DNA from: Azolla caroliniana
Taxonomy: Eukaryota; Plantae; Polypodiophyta
Reading direction: 5' to 3'
Length of the DNA: 64,000 nucleotides
Assembly: GCA_043228905.1 (NCBI GenBank)
Contig: JBHGNT010000007.1
Coordinates: forward strand, 15,252,001 to 15,316,000
Shown: positions 35,701 through 49,600 of the stretch, in pieces
How positions within the stretch are numbered: position 1 is the stretch's first letter
Layout of the letters: the number at the start of each line of letters is the position of its first letter
The notes under the pieces: generated by a model
Told to the model about the DNA's origin: nothing
Seen by the model: the letters and a program-made list of their open reading frames with translations, nothing else
Databases searched by the model: none
Program-made: the position numbers and the translations under genes

Positions 35701-37179
35701 GTTATGATCATATTCTCCTGGATCGGGCTTCTTTCTCACGGCCGAAAAATCATCGTAATGACTATCGTCAGTTCTATTGGCATGGTGATTTTCTGTTTTG
35801 ACAAAATCTATTGTATGTTCCTGACGTTCCCCCACGACTACAAGTTTCACAACATTGCCATGACTCACCAATGGCTGGTTATTTTGGAGTTCGCAAAACT
35901 CTAGAATTAATTTCTCGACGCTATTGGTGGCCTTGCCTTTGTCATTTTGTTGAGTATGTTCGGAGCTACGATATATGTTGTCGATCAAAGATTCCTCGTC
36001 ACCGATCCTATGGCTTACTACAACCATTTCCCATTCTGAAAACTCCTTGGAAGTCTATATCCTTGGACTTCATTACTGATCTTCCAGTTTCAAAAGGTTT
36101 TGATGCAATTCTCACAGTGGTTGATTGATTTACCAAAATGGCACATTTCTTGCCATGTACAAAGTCGATTACTAGTCAAGAGGCGGTTGATCTTGTTATG
36201 CGGGAGGTATTTAAGCATCATGGTCTGCCGGATGATATAATTAGTGATCGTGGTCCACAATTCATCTCAAAGTTTTGGAAGCACATGTTCAAACTTTTCC
36301 ACATTTCGGTTAAGCTTTCTTCAGGCTATCATCCTGAAACAAATGGCCAAATTGAGCGTACCAACCAGACGTTGGAGCAATATCTTTGTTGTTTCGTCAA
36401 CTATCAACAAGATGATTGGGTTGATTTTTTGCACTTGGCGGAATTCGCTTACAACAACTCAACCCATTCTTCTACAGGAATCAGGATAGTCCCCATTTTT
36501 TGCAAATACGGGCTGTCACCCTCGATGGACGATGAATGCGCATCCAGACGTTCCTACCAACCATGTTGTCGACGATTGTCTTAGTCGCCTCCAAGAAATT
36601 CACGCAACCATTCTCCACAATTTGCATGATGCTCAAGTTACACACAAGAGGCTTGCCGATCGTCATTGTCTAGACTCCTCAAAAAAGTTCCGCGTTGGGG
36701 ATCATGTATGGCTTCTCAAACACAATATCAAGACCACTCAACCTTGCAGTAAATTAGATTACCAACATTTTGGCCCTTACATGATCACTGGTAAGTTAAG
36801 TGATGTTGCATTTCGTCTTGACCTCCCTCCGCACATGCATCTTCATCTGGTGTTTCACGTATCCCTTCTAGAACCTTATACTACAAGTTCAATTCCGGGC
36901 CGTCTTATGACACCCCCACCATCTGTCGAGTTCTTGGACGGACCCGAATTTGAAGTTGCTGGCGTTCTCGATTCTAAAATCGTGTGCAACAAGTTGTATT
37001 ACTTAGTAGATTGGCTAGGCTATACCCCCAATGATCGAACTTGGGAACCTGCTGCAAATCTTTCCAATGCTGCGGAAATCGTCACTGCATTTCATTGCCA
37101 ATATCCTCGTAAACCAGGTCCTAATACAAACCCTACGACTCGTGCGACGTGTCGTCGAAGAAGGGGGATAGTGTCATGA
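32735..37179 (+). pseudogene. A gag (3' part) and pol with chromodomain, disrupted
   Basis: CLYCGSPGHIIVNC; ALLDSGA; [17 protein letters not shown]; YLDDIL; LDFITDLP; YYLVDWLGYTPNDRTWEP. Confidence 0.93.
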
Positions 37180-37915
37180 TAATAATCACATCTTGCATCA
37201 AAAGGATCATGACACTCACATTATGACTCGAAAGGATTTGAACCCACGATTTTGTCGTACACATGTCAAATCCTTAACCATTGTATTAATATTCTTATAT
37301 TATAGTTTTTAGAATATGAAATCTAATATTCTAGGAATATTCTATATTACTCTACATTCTAGAATGACCTAGAATATTCTAGAGTGTTCTATATCACTAG
37401 AACCTTCTAGAATACTCTAGAGATCTTCTAGATTACTCTACATTCTAAGATAACCTAGAATATTCTAGAGTGTTCTCTATTACTTATAAATAGGGATCTA
37501 CCACTCATCCCAAACCTAAATTGGTTCAACGTCATTTTGTAGCCTACTCTTTGTAATCCATTTTACTCTTCAAAATAATAATTCTCTTTCAATTATCTCT
37601 CTGTCTTGACAAATATAAGGCTAACTTGGAAATTATCTTTATGCTAGAACCATGGTTGAGCCTCGAGGAGCCGCCATGATTATTCAAGATAAAGATATGA
37701 GAAAGACATCTTAGCTATGTTTTCCCCCATGGTTTATAAAACACCATAGTGTTACCATAGTTATCGGATCTCGAATCACATCTCATATGTCTAGAGGGGT
37801 AAGGACGTGAGATACTTTCTTGGATAAATTTCTTCCAATCAAAATTTCAAGCATTCATTTTGCTTGTGTATTTTTTGAACCTTCTTATTTATATTGCGTA
37901 CACACAACTTGCATC

Positions 37916-40900
37916 ATGGAACAAGTTTTGAACACTTTTGGAGCAATCTCTCCGATCGAGACCTCTCAACTCCAATCTGCATCTCGCAAACAACCTGAGA
38001 TCACTATTGAGCAATTGCTCACTACTACCTCAAATAAATTGGCCGAAATGAGGGAAGCCAATATGGCTTTGGAAAAGAAATTTCAAGAATATACTATTGA
38101 GTCCAAAAAAGAAGGTGAACCTTCTTCTGTAATCACGCCATTCAAGGGAGATAAGAAAGAAAGAACCGAGGAGCCCATTAGCACTTGGCTTGGTCATTGG
38201 GAGTCTCACTTTGAGCTCCAACCCAAGCCCGATTCTGTAAAAATTGGTTATGTTCGTCGTGAGTTAGGTGGCCGAGCTACTACTTGGTGGTGTGGCCTAA
38301 GGACGACAAAGAACTTACCCACAACTTGGGAAGGTTTCGTTGATCTTTTGAAGAAACAGTTCTTGTAGCCCCCTACTCAAACCGAACAAGTGCAACACTT
38401 GCTCACGTTGCCGAGTAAGCCAGTTACCTCTCTCTCGAGGATTATGTGCATCATACTGAGACCCAGATCCAAAAATCGGAACTTACGGGTGAGAAATGGT
38501 TTGTCACTTGTATTCCCAATGGGATTACCATTGGATTGTCCATTACAAGGACCCCACAACTTTCGAGGATGTCGTCAACATTGTAGTTCGGTACCATAGG
38601 AGTTCCAAGAAAAACCACAATAAACTTGAGTTCGCCAAAAGTCCAAATGTCAAGTTCATTGGGAAACGTAAGCAATCCAATGACACTCTTGACCACGACT
38701 CAAAGAAACCGAACCTCTTCTGTGCATAGTGCAAGAAGCGGGGCCACACAAAGGATACCTGTCGTCGTCTTCAAAGGAAGTCAATAAACAACCCTCCTCA
38801 AGACAAATCTACGAGTCACACATGCAAGTCTTTTGATGTTATTGAAGTTCATACAAACCACTTAAGTTCATGTGAATGCACTTTCCCTTCACATTTACTT
38901 GAACCTTATGATTTAATCTGAGCACTCAGGTATATCAATGGAACACACACACATTTCTTATTTGATTCCGGTAGTTCTCAGAATTTTCTTAATGATCACT
39001 TGGTGCAACAAATGCAACTCCGCATAAATGCATGTGAGCATATCTATCAAGTTCACATGGCAAATGGAGGCGTTCACAGTGGCATTGTTTGTCAACTGCC
39101 AATTTAAATAGATACCTATCTGGAAAGCTTCACCTTCATGCTATGAAACTACAATCCGCAGATGTTATTTTAGGATACCCATGGTTCTGTAATAAAAACT
39201 CTTCTTTTTCATTGATTGGATTACTCAATCACATTTGAGTAATAATTGTAAACATTTTGTCACGAGCAGTACTAAGATAGAGAAGTACTGTCAGGAATAG
39301 TACTAAAACAGAGAAGGAATCAGTACTAAAAGATGAGCATTAGTACTAAGGGAGGTGTAGAACTCTCGAGAGAAGGAGAGAGAGAGAGAGAGAGAGAGAA
39401 TGAGGATAACAAAAGATATATATTATGTTAAGGGAATATACAATAGTAGCTAGGAGGCTTAAGACTGGCATTGAACCGATTTGGTTCAAAATAATGCCTT
39501 GTGCCTCCTTTTATAGTGTTCTCAGGAGTACTCCCGAAGTTTCTAGAATGTTCCAGAGAAATTTGGAATATACATCAATTTTCTATAGTAAAACTTAAAT
39601 GAAAATAATATCTTTCATATTACAATATATAGTCTAGTGGTCACGAACTCGACCCATGTAACATAAGGTCATGGGTTCAAGTCTTGCTATATCATGAAAC
39701 ATTTTATTCAATGTTCCAAACTTCCTTCTCGTTCACTTGTGTCCTATAAATCTTTAAGTGAGTATTCTAGTTCATCAATTTATTCATGTGTAATTGATGA
39801 ACGTCGTGATAATGCATCTGCCTTCCCTTGTTGCTTCCCCGGATGATATGTAATTTTGAAGTCGAAACGAGTGAGGAATTGGGCCCACCGAGCTTGACGT
39901 CGATTTAACACACGAGCATTCTGAAAGTAGGCAAGGTTTTTGTGATCACTGAATACGATGAATTGATGAGAAAACCCCTCTAGAAAATGCCTCCATTGCG
40001 TAAAAGAGTTCACTATTGGTAATAGCTCCTTAGCATGAATTTCATAGTTGATTTCTGTGGCGTCAAACTTGCGTGAATGGAAAGCCATAGGATGTAGCTT
40101 TTCATAATCGCCTTGTTGAGACAGAATGCTACCCAAGTCGAAATCTGACACGTTTGCTTCAATGATGGATGGTTTTTTTGGATCAACAGGAGCTAAAATT
40201 GGAGCTGATGTAAATGCCTTCTTAAGACTCTCAAAATCAATATCCGCTTCTCAGACCAAACGAATGATTTTCCCTTCCTGGTAAGTTGTGTGAGAGGCAG
40301 AACAAGCTTTGAGTAATCCTGTATGAACTTGCGGTAAAAATTGGCAAAGCCTAAAAAGCATTGCACATCTCGCAACAAACGCGGAGTCTGCCATTCTACC
40401 ACTGTTTTGACCTGAGCTGGATCCATGGAGATGCCTTCTGAGGAAATGACATAGCCCAAAAATTGTACCTGGTTGCACCCGAAACTACATTTTTCCAGTT
40501 TTGCATAAGACCATGTTCTCGAAGTCGTTTTAGTACTAACAGTACATGAGAATCATGCTCTTCTTGGGTCTTCGAATAAACTAGTAGATCATCCAAATAG
40601 ATGATCAAAAAATCATCCAAGAGATCTCAGAATATATCATTTGCCATGTGCTGGAAGACTGTTGGCGCATTAGTGAGGCCGAATGGCATGACCATATAGT
40701 CGAAGTGCCCATATCTAGTGCGAAACGCAGTCTTCCATTCATCTCCTGGTCGGATCTGTACGAGGTTATACGCTCCTCGTAAGTAGATCTTTGTGAAGAA
40801 CCTTGCACCATTGATCTGTTCTAAAAGACTTGGGATAAGAGGAAGTGCATACCTATTCCTGATGGTGACTTTATTCAACCCACTGTAATCTACGACGAGA

Positions 40901-43900
40901 CGAAGTGATCCATCCTTTTTCTTGACGAAGAAAATGGGTGCCCCGGCTAGAGATTTCGAATGTCAAATGAAACCATTTGCCAAATTCTCCTCTATATAGG
41001 CTCGAAGGACTTCTAGCTCGGTTGGTGAAAAATTGTAGATCAATCCCCATGGTGGCTCTTTTCCCGGTTGTAAATCGATGGGGCAATCATACGTTTGATG
41101 GTGAGGAAGCGTATTAGCTCGTACTTTATCAAACACATCGGCATAATGACGATACTTCTCTCGAAGTTGAACGGTGGACTCCTCTTTATTGATACTGGAG
41201 GGGTTTACTGATATTTCGAAGAGAAACATTTCTTCCTTGCATCCTTCCTCTTGCAACTAATGTAGCAAAATGGTTGCAATCTTATGAGTAGATCCTCAGG
41301 TTTCTCGACACCGTGGTAATCCCAAAACAATGGGATGTTTTGGGATACTAATTATACTAAATGATACTACACATGCTAAGTTATCTAGGACAATATTAAC
41401 GGGTTCTGACTCTTCTATAATATTCCTGAAAGCAATGGGAAGACCATCAATGACTACTATAGAGGTTGGACATGGAGTTTCTTTAGGGATATCTGATGAG
41501 CTTGGGCAAAATTCCTATCCATGAAGCAAGAGTTGGCTCCGGAATCTAGCAGTGCTAAGACATCTACTGGAGGAGTACTTTTAGTACTAACCATTACTTA
41601 AGCTAAGAACAAGTTGCTAACTTGCTTAGAGGAAATGGAACCACTAATGGGCTCGACAGATCTAGGTCTGTCGAACCAAGCGGCTCCTATTTTGGCTGGA
41701 CTTAATCACTTAACTCTTCTTCTAGTTGACCTAGAGGAATAAACTCGGGTTTAGTACTATTAGTACTAGTGGTTATTTGATTTACCTGCCTTTTCGGCCG
41801 ATGGGGGTAGTTCACTGCAATATGCCCCGGTCCACCACAATAAAGACATAATCGATTTGCCCTGCGTCACTGCTTTTCTTCTTCCGATAGTGGTCCACGG
41901 AGATGTGTGGTGTCGATTTCCATTGGAGTCGGAGTATTTGTTGGAGATGTATTGAATGACTCCCTTGGGAAAGGCTTTGCTACGATTGAAGCATAGGTGG
42001 GCTCCGATCTTGTCTGTGGCATTTGAAATTGAGGTTCCGAACGTCGTTCGAAGAGGCGATTATCGCATCGCACCACACAACGGATTGCTTCTGTCAATGA
42101 CTTTGGCTCCTTGGGAAAAGTTAAGAGTAAATCTTTAACATCATTACGTAGGACAAAACGAAATTGCTCCATTAGTGCCTGGTCATCCCAGGGAATATCG
42201 GTGGCGAGAAGACGGAAATCCGCAGCATAAGCCGAGGTTGGCCGCTCACCTTGGCGCAATCTTCGGATTTTGTTGATTGCTATTCTAACACTGTCGGTAT
42301 CTCCAAAACAGGCTTTAAACTCGGTAATAAACTCTTCGAAATTATTTAACAAGCTTTAAACTCGGTAATTATTTCTAACAGGGGGGCGAACCCTGCCAAA
42401 TCCGTGCCACTAAGTAGAGTGCCTACTAGTCCCACTCGTGATGCATCGGTGGGATATCGAGAAGGATGCATTTGAATGACTAATCGTACCTGATTAAGAA
42501 ATCCTCTAAACTATGATCGCATTCCATCGAATTTCATGGGAAGGGCGTCTTGGGTTCTTTATGAATCCCTTGCGTACTGGGTCCTTGTTGTTGCATCGCT
42601 ACTAAGGTTGCTTCGAGTTGTTGCATGCGTACCACTAGTTCCCCATGTTGTTGTGTCTGCTGCTTTTCTAAGAAGATTTGGTGAAGATCCCCCAACAATA
42701 GTTGATTTTCTTGTTCCAAAGCAAGGAACTTCTCTTTCAAGCATTGTAGCTCTAAGAAAACGGATTGATATTCTTGAGTGCTATAATATGAGAGAAAAGA
42801 GGATTAAGAGATTAGTATGAAGGGAGGGAGAAGTAAGAACATAAAGGAAGAGAAGGAAAGAGAAAAATTGGTTCAAACTATCAGGAGCAGTACTAAGACA
42901 GAGAAGTACTCTCAGGAACAATACTAAAACAGAGAAGGAATTAGTACTAAAAGATGAGGATTAGTACTAAGGGAGGTGTAAAACTCGAGAGAGAAGGGGA
43001 TAGTGAGTGAGTGAGAGGGAGAGATAGAGAGAGAGAATGAGGATAACAAAAGATATATATTATGTTAAGGGAATATACAATAGTAGCTAGGAGGCTTAAG
43101 ACTGGTGTTGAACCGATTTGGTTCGAAATAATGCCTTGTGCCTCCTTTTATAGTGTTCTCAGGAGTACTCTTGAAGTTTCTAGAATGTTCCAGCGAAATC
43201 TGGAATATACATCAAATTTCTATAGTAAAACCTAAATGAAAATAGTATTTTTTGTATTACAACATATAGTCTAATGGTCAAGAGCTCGACCCATGAAACA
43301 TAAGGTCATGGGTTCGAGTCTTGCCATATCATGACACATATTATTCAACGTTCCAAACTTCCTTCTTGTTTACTTCTGTCTTATAAATCTTTAAGTGAGT
43401 ATTCTAGTTCATCAATTTATTCGTGTGTAATTGATCCAACACTTCAATTTTATTGTTTTAATCTTGACGCCACGCAATTACCACATTTTGAATATCAATT
43501 ACTCGACTCTATTTTAGATGATTTTCAAGATGTGTTTCCTAACGAATTGCCGCTTACTTTACCACCACAGTGTAATGTCGACCATAAAATTGAACTCATT
43601 CTCGGTGCTCCTCCTCTGAGCATTCCACCTTATCGATTTAGTCAATTAGAAGAGGATGAAATCGCCAAAGTACTTAAGGAGTACTTGAGTATGGGAGACA
43701 TTAGGTATAGTAAATCACCTTGGGGTGTGCTATTTCTTTTAGTTAAGAAGAAGGAAGGTTCATGGCGAATGTGTATTAACTATCACCATTTGAATAAACT
43801 GACAATTAGAAATGCATATGCATTACCTTATGCCGATGATTTGATTGATCGTTTGGATGGGGCCCAATATTTTACAAAAATTGAAACGAACATGTTCTCA

Positions 43901-44198
43901 TCAAATTCGCATTGCCGAGGATGATATTCCTAAAACCGCTTTTCGTACACGCTATGGCCATGATTATGAGTTTTTCGTCATGCATTCGGGTTGTCTAATG
44001 CTCCAGCCACATTCCAACAAGCGATGAATGATGTTTTCCGAGATCAACTCGGTGATTTTGTTGTCTTCTTCTTGGGTGATATTCTCATATATAGTCGTAC
44101 CTTGCAAGATCATGTTCAACATGTTCGATTTGTTTTGCAAAAGTTGTGTACAACTCTTTCTATGCAAAACATTCAAAATGTGATTTTTTCCAAAAATC
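37916..44198 (+). pseudogene. F gag-protease-RT remnants (interrupted by G 39258-43336 and by I at ~44199)
   Basis: Gag LGGRATTWW...TWEGFVDLLKKQF; knuckle C-x2-CKKRGHTKDTC (~38720); FLFDSGSSQNFL; RT PPYRFS...KKKEGSWRMCINY...NAPATFQ. Assignment to the LTR at 5808 is inferred from TSD-based removal of A. Confidence 0.8.
39258..43336 (-). mobile_element. Chromovirus G (relative of E), rearranged; gag-PR-RT-RH present, integrase and PPT absent
   Basis: LTRs 42879-43336 (5') and 39258-39699; PBS GTTTGAACCAATTT on minus strand (42865-42878); minus-strand RT and RH motifs 39799-41256. Confidence 0.9.
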
Positions 44199-46605
44199 TA
44201 TTGATATGTACCTAGTGTCGAATATGGGTTTCTAATGGACGTATTCACATTGTCCCATTTGTACACACTAGGTTTAGGCCATTTTTGTAAATACTAAGAA
44301 GGATAGTTTGAAAAAGGTTGTTCATTCTGTACATTGAGACATAGAGCTTGAGTAATAAAGTTCACCTTGTGCCTAACGTTCTTCTTTATCTCCTTCTTGA
44401 ATTCATGTTGACCTTGTTACTTGATATAGTTGCTTGTAACCATTAATTGACTTGACTTGTACATGTTAATGATCTTTCACTAGAGGAGTGTTGAACTTGT
44501 TCCGCACTAGGTGGCCACCATCCCAACATCTGGTATCAGAGCTTGTCATTTCTTTCGATTCTACTGTCGCAGTCTACTTAGTCTCCATCAACAACTCTCC
44601 CTCTGTACATTGTGAAGATCTTAGTTCGCAACTCTCTACAAGATCAATTTTGTTTTGTGAAGAGAAACACATGCAAAACTTGCACTCCATTGCTCTAAAT
44701 CAACATTAAAGTAAGCCAACTGGTTGTACTTTACCTTGTGATTGTAGCCACTCAAAGTGAGATTTTATTTTGAAGGCTCTGCCTCAATTGTGCTACATCG
44801 GATAAGACGAAAATTGAATAGGTCAATCGACGCAATTCACTAATTCGTCGGAATCACTCGTAACAATTTGGGCTCTAGGGAACTACCCCAATATGTGCTT
44901 AATTAAATTGAACAACATTCGAAAGGGCCAATTGGCTCCGCCCCTCTCATCGTTGCAGTCACCCAAAGAAGGATCAACGTGGATAATTGGCACATAATCT
45001 GTGCTTGATCTTAAAATTGACATTCAAATTCAAAATCAACAAATTCGGGTCTTATTCGGCTAAGTCGATTGACTGTAGTCACTTCGGACCGAACTCACCA
45101 ATAGTCAACGTCGATTTGACTTGTGTCTAAATCCTACTAGAACGATATCGAGTGAGCAACTCGGCTACACTCCACCACTATTCGTAGTCGACTCTAGACA
45201 AAGTCTAGTAAAATGACACAGATGGCATCAACATCTGCCTCATTAGAGATGAGTCTGAGGAAGTTTGACGAATCGAACATCAACTTTTAATAGGAGCAGA
45301 TGCAGGACTATCTAATAGTGAAGGGTCAAATCGACCCAATCGAGAACAAAAACCCTCGAGAAGGATACAAACCAATTGAGTGGCAGAAGCTGGATAGAAT
45401 CGTTCGCGCCGCAATTCGGATGCACCTGTCGGAATCCGTGTAATTCACGACGCAATCGTGTTTGACTGCCTTCCAACTATGGAAGACACTTTCAGACACC
45501 TATGAAAAGAAGGTCACCACCACAAAGGTATATCTAATTCGGTGCCTTTACAACCTTTGGATGAAAGAATCCGACTTTGTCCAGGCAGACCTGAATGAGT
45601 ACGAAAGCTTGAAGTTCCCAAATTGCGGCCTAGGGGACGACAATCGAAGATGAACTAAAATCAATGTTGCTCATGAGGAGTCTCCCCCCTTCATGGGAAA
45701 CTTTCATCACTACTGTGTGCAATGCATTGATTGCTACCGTTAAATACTCCTCAGTCACGAATGCAATTCTGATTGAATCAGCTCGAAGGAAATTGTTCGC
45801 GAACGATTCGACCAACGATGCTGATGTAGTACAAGGTTCGACCGACCGATCGAAAAATCTAGGAAGAGGTTCTTCACGACAATCGAACAACTAGTGAAGT
45901 TAGACTAAATCCCTGGACAATCGAGTCTACAATTATTGCAAGAAACCCGGAGACATCAAAGCTGATTGTGGCGCACTCAAAGCCAAAAATGACCAAGCTT
46001 AGCGAGCTCATCAGAAGAGTGGCTGGCATGAGGAGGTTAATTAAGTTGGCTCTTTAGCCAAAGTATTGCTGAGCGACCCAAACATACTATCCATTGAGAA
46101 CCCAATAAAATAAGAAGTTCTGGTTACGACCGAGGAATTGAGCATATGGCTCTTGGATTGAGATACTTCATATAATGTGACCCCTCATCAATCCCAATTT
46201 CGGGAATACTTGGCCAGACATTCCGACTCAGTTCAAGTCAGAAACTCACAACATTGCGCTATCATCGGAATCGGCACAATAGAGCTCAACCTTCCAGGTG
46301 GCTCTACATTAGTACTACATAATGTCTGACATGTACCTGAGCTCTCAAGACTTTTGATCTCAATCGGAAAATGGGACGAAGATGGCATTCATGCTAGCTT
46401 CTCGTCAGGAGGTTCAAAAGTACATGCCGGGGAGCCTCCTACTTGCTCTAGGTTCAAAAGTACATTCTCTGTTCCAGCTATATGTCACACTCAAAGAGGG
46501 TGACTTGTTCCTAGTCGAAATCCGTGTAGAATCAGTATAGCAGGGGTGACTTGGACACCTCAACAAGGTCGACATCACGCATCTATCTAGAGCCGGATAC
46601 ATCTC

Positions 46606-49600
46606 TGTTGAGATTCAAGCTAAACCTAGTCTAGTGTGTGAACATACCCTTGAGAGTGTGCACTCAAAAGTCAAAAGTCACCACTTTTATCTACACATTA
46701 CCTATATGTCATAGAATCATATTCTATGACACATAACTAATGAGTTTTCACATTCCCCATGACTCATGAGCTTCGGTAGTTAATGAAGAGAGAGAGTGAC
46801 TATATAAAGCAATCTCCTCCTACTTTGTAATTAGGTCGATTAATCTCCTTTGTAATATACATCTTCTTGAGTATTCTATTGTTGTTCAAAATCTATATTG
46901 TGTTACTCTCTCTCTCTCTCTCATACACACACACACACACACTCACAACACATATCTCTAGTCTATTCCACTGCACAAGAATCACCATCGATTCTTTACA
47001 TGGTATCAGAGCAGTTTGGTAGCTCGATCTAGCCCATTCGCGTGTGTTGTGCTCCACGCCGACATTCAAGAAGAACCGGCTCATCGCTATTGTAGTGCAG
47101 CTACATAGCTCGTATTCAAGAGAGAAGAAGAAGAAGAAAATCTACATCGAACACCATGAATACTCAAATGGGGATCGCTCTCCCTAATCAGAAGTTGGAT
47201 TGAAACAATTTCGCATCTTGGGAGTACAAGGTGCACCAATACCTTGTCGGCGAAGGCTCTTGGGGTTACATCAAGGGAGCACAAGAAAACCGACCCGACC
47301 CGGAAGACGCCGACTACTCAACATGGGAGCAAGAGACGAGTCGAGTAATGTATTGCTTGGCAACATGTGTTCATGATCACAACCTTGGCTACATTCGAGA
47401 AGCCACGACGCCAAAGGAAGCATGGGAGAATCTAAGGAAGATATTTGCCGCGAATACAACGACACGAAAGATTCAACTTCGCCAAGAGTTAAACAACATC
47501 CAACAACGGGATATGTCCATCACAAGCTACACCTTGAAGATCAAGGAGCTTTGTGATGCACTCGACTCAATAAGCGTCAATGTGGAGGATGACGAAATGG
47601 TGCAAATATGCCTCAGCGGTCACCACGGTTCGGCGCGATGCGGACCGCCGTACTGGCACGAGAGAATCCACCCTCCTTCTTTGATCTTCAATCCATGTTG
47701 TTGGTCGAAGAAAATCATGTTCAAACAAGGAGCAATGCCTCGGAAGGCCACATGCTCTACACGCATTCGGACAGAGGAAGAGGACGTGGCCGTGCAAGAA
47801 GAGGCCGATTCAGCCAAAGACGAGGCGGATGAGGCCTGACTTAGGAAAACAACTCGCAATTTCGGCATCAAGACGGAAGCCATCGAGGAACCTTTGGAAG
47901 AAGGGGGAGCTTCCATTTCGGTCCTAGCCAACAAACCTCAATCGAATGCGGTTATTGCAGAAAAATCGGCCAACATGAAGAAGAGTGCCAAAAGAAGAAG
48001 CCCAAGTCGGCTTCCACAAGCCAACAACTTAGCAATTATGCCACCAACTCCGACTATTAAGATCATGGCGGAATGTTTGTAATGAGACATAGAGCAAATT
48101 CTATGTCGGCCTCTACTTCGACTAATGCCTCCAATCCGGAAGATGTATGGTTTGTCGACTCCGGTGCTTCGAACCATATGACGTCCCATGAAGAATGGTT
48201 CAATGACCTTCGAGAGCCGGATCGGCCCGGTTATGTCGAGACTGGAGACGACACCACTCATCCGATTCGGCATGTTGGCAATGTCCCATTCGGGAAAGAA
48301 GGTGAACAAACTTGCATAAAAAATTTCTTACATGTACCCACCATAACGAAGAATTTGGTCTCGATCGGCCAAATTGTGGAGCAAGGGATGCAAGTTCAAT
48401 TCAACCAAGGAGGTTGCTTCATCGAGAAGGAAGGCTGACTAATTGCTCGTGGTTGAAGGGAATGCCGAGTGTTTATCCTTGAAGCAAACGAGGTAAAATC
48501 GGTCATGTTTGCAAAGGGCCTCAAACCTGACACTGACATAGAGCTATGGCATAAAAGAATCGAACATATCAATCTCAATAAACTCAAGGTGATGCAATCG
48601 AAAGGAGTCATCATCGGGCTCCCGACCTTCAAAGACAAAGAGATTGAAGGAGTATGTGAAGCATGCCAATTCGGCAAGCAACATCGGCACCCGTTCCCGG
48701 AGGAGAGGAACGTGAGCAAAGGCCTATTGGACGGAGTCTACTCGGATGTGTGGGGACCGGCACAAACGGCTACGTTCGGAGGATGTCGGTACTATGTTAC
48801 CTTCATCGATGGCTTCTCTAGATACACATGGATCTTTCCCATGAGGATGAAGAGAGAAGTGTTTAGACATTTCCAAAAATTCAAAAGCGAAGTCGAAAAG
48901 ACAACTAGGCCTCATGTACGATGTCTTTGGTTAGATGGACGAAAGGAATACTTCTCTAATGCGTTCACGGCATACCTTCGACAAGAAGGAATTCAACGAG
49001 AATTCACTTGCCGACACACATTGCAACAAAACGGTGTAGCCGAACACAAGAATTGGCACATTCTCGAAGTAGCAAGGGCCATTGTAAATGAGAAGCATAT
49101 GCCCAAGTCATATTGGGCAAAAGCTGCAAATACCGCCGTCTACCTCATGAACCGGTGCACAACATCCGGAGTGCACGAGGTCACGCCGCACGAGAAATAT
49201 TATGGGAAGAAACTGGACCTATCCCATGCAAGGATATTCGGCTCCATTGCATACGTGCACATTCCCGATGAGAAACAGAAGAAGCTTGACCCAAAATCAG
49301 AGAAGTGCATCCTCGTGGGGTACTCACTAGAGCAAAAGGGGTACAAGTGCTTCAACCCCTCTACTCGGAGGACTCATGTAAGTCGAGATGTCATCTTTGA
49401 TGAATTGACATCATGGTACAAACCCGAGGCGACTCCTCCCGAACCATCTATGAACGACATCGACAACACAAAAGACGATGATCAACTAAGGTCAATACTC
49501 AGAGAGAGTCCGATCTCAACTAGATTGAGCGGACCACAAGAGCCTCCGAGTAACGAAAGCACATCTCGGCCAAGTCCAAAGATGGACAAAGGCAAGGCCA

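Larger units (their letters stand above)
6874..37611 (+). mobile_element. Chromovirus A (Ty3/Gypsy, Tcn1/Tf1-like), decayed, carrying nested insertions
   Basis: LTRs 6874-7298 and 37172-37611 (TGTCA...TGACA), perfect TSD AATAT, PPT GAAGAAGGGGGATAG 37157-37171. Gag is split as 7386-7504, 8301-8498, 32735-33539. Confidence 0.95.

Noticed and set aside
43261-43336. tRNA-like segments in LTRs as genuine tRNA genes
   Set aside because: No convincing acceptor or anticodon stems; only A/B boxes and a T-arm-like part are kept, so they are reported as promoter-like modules.
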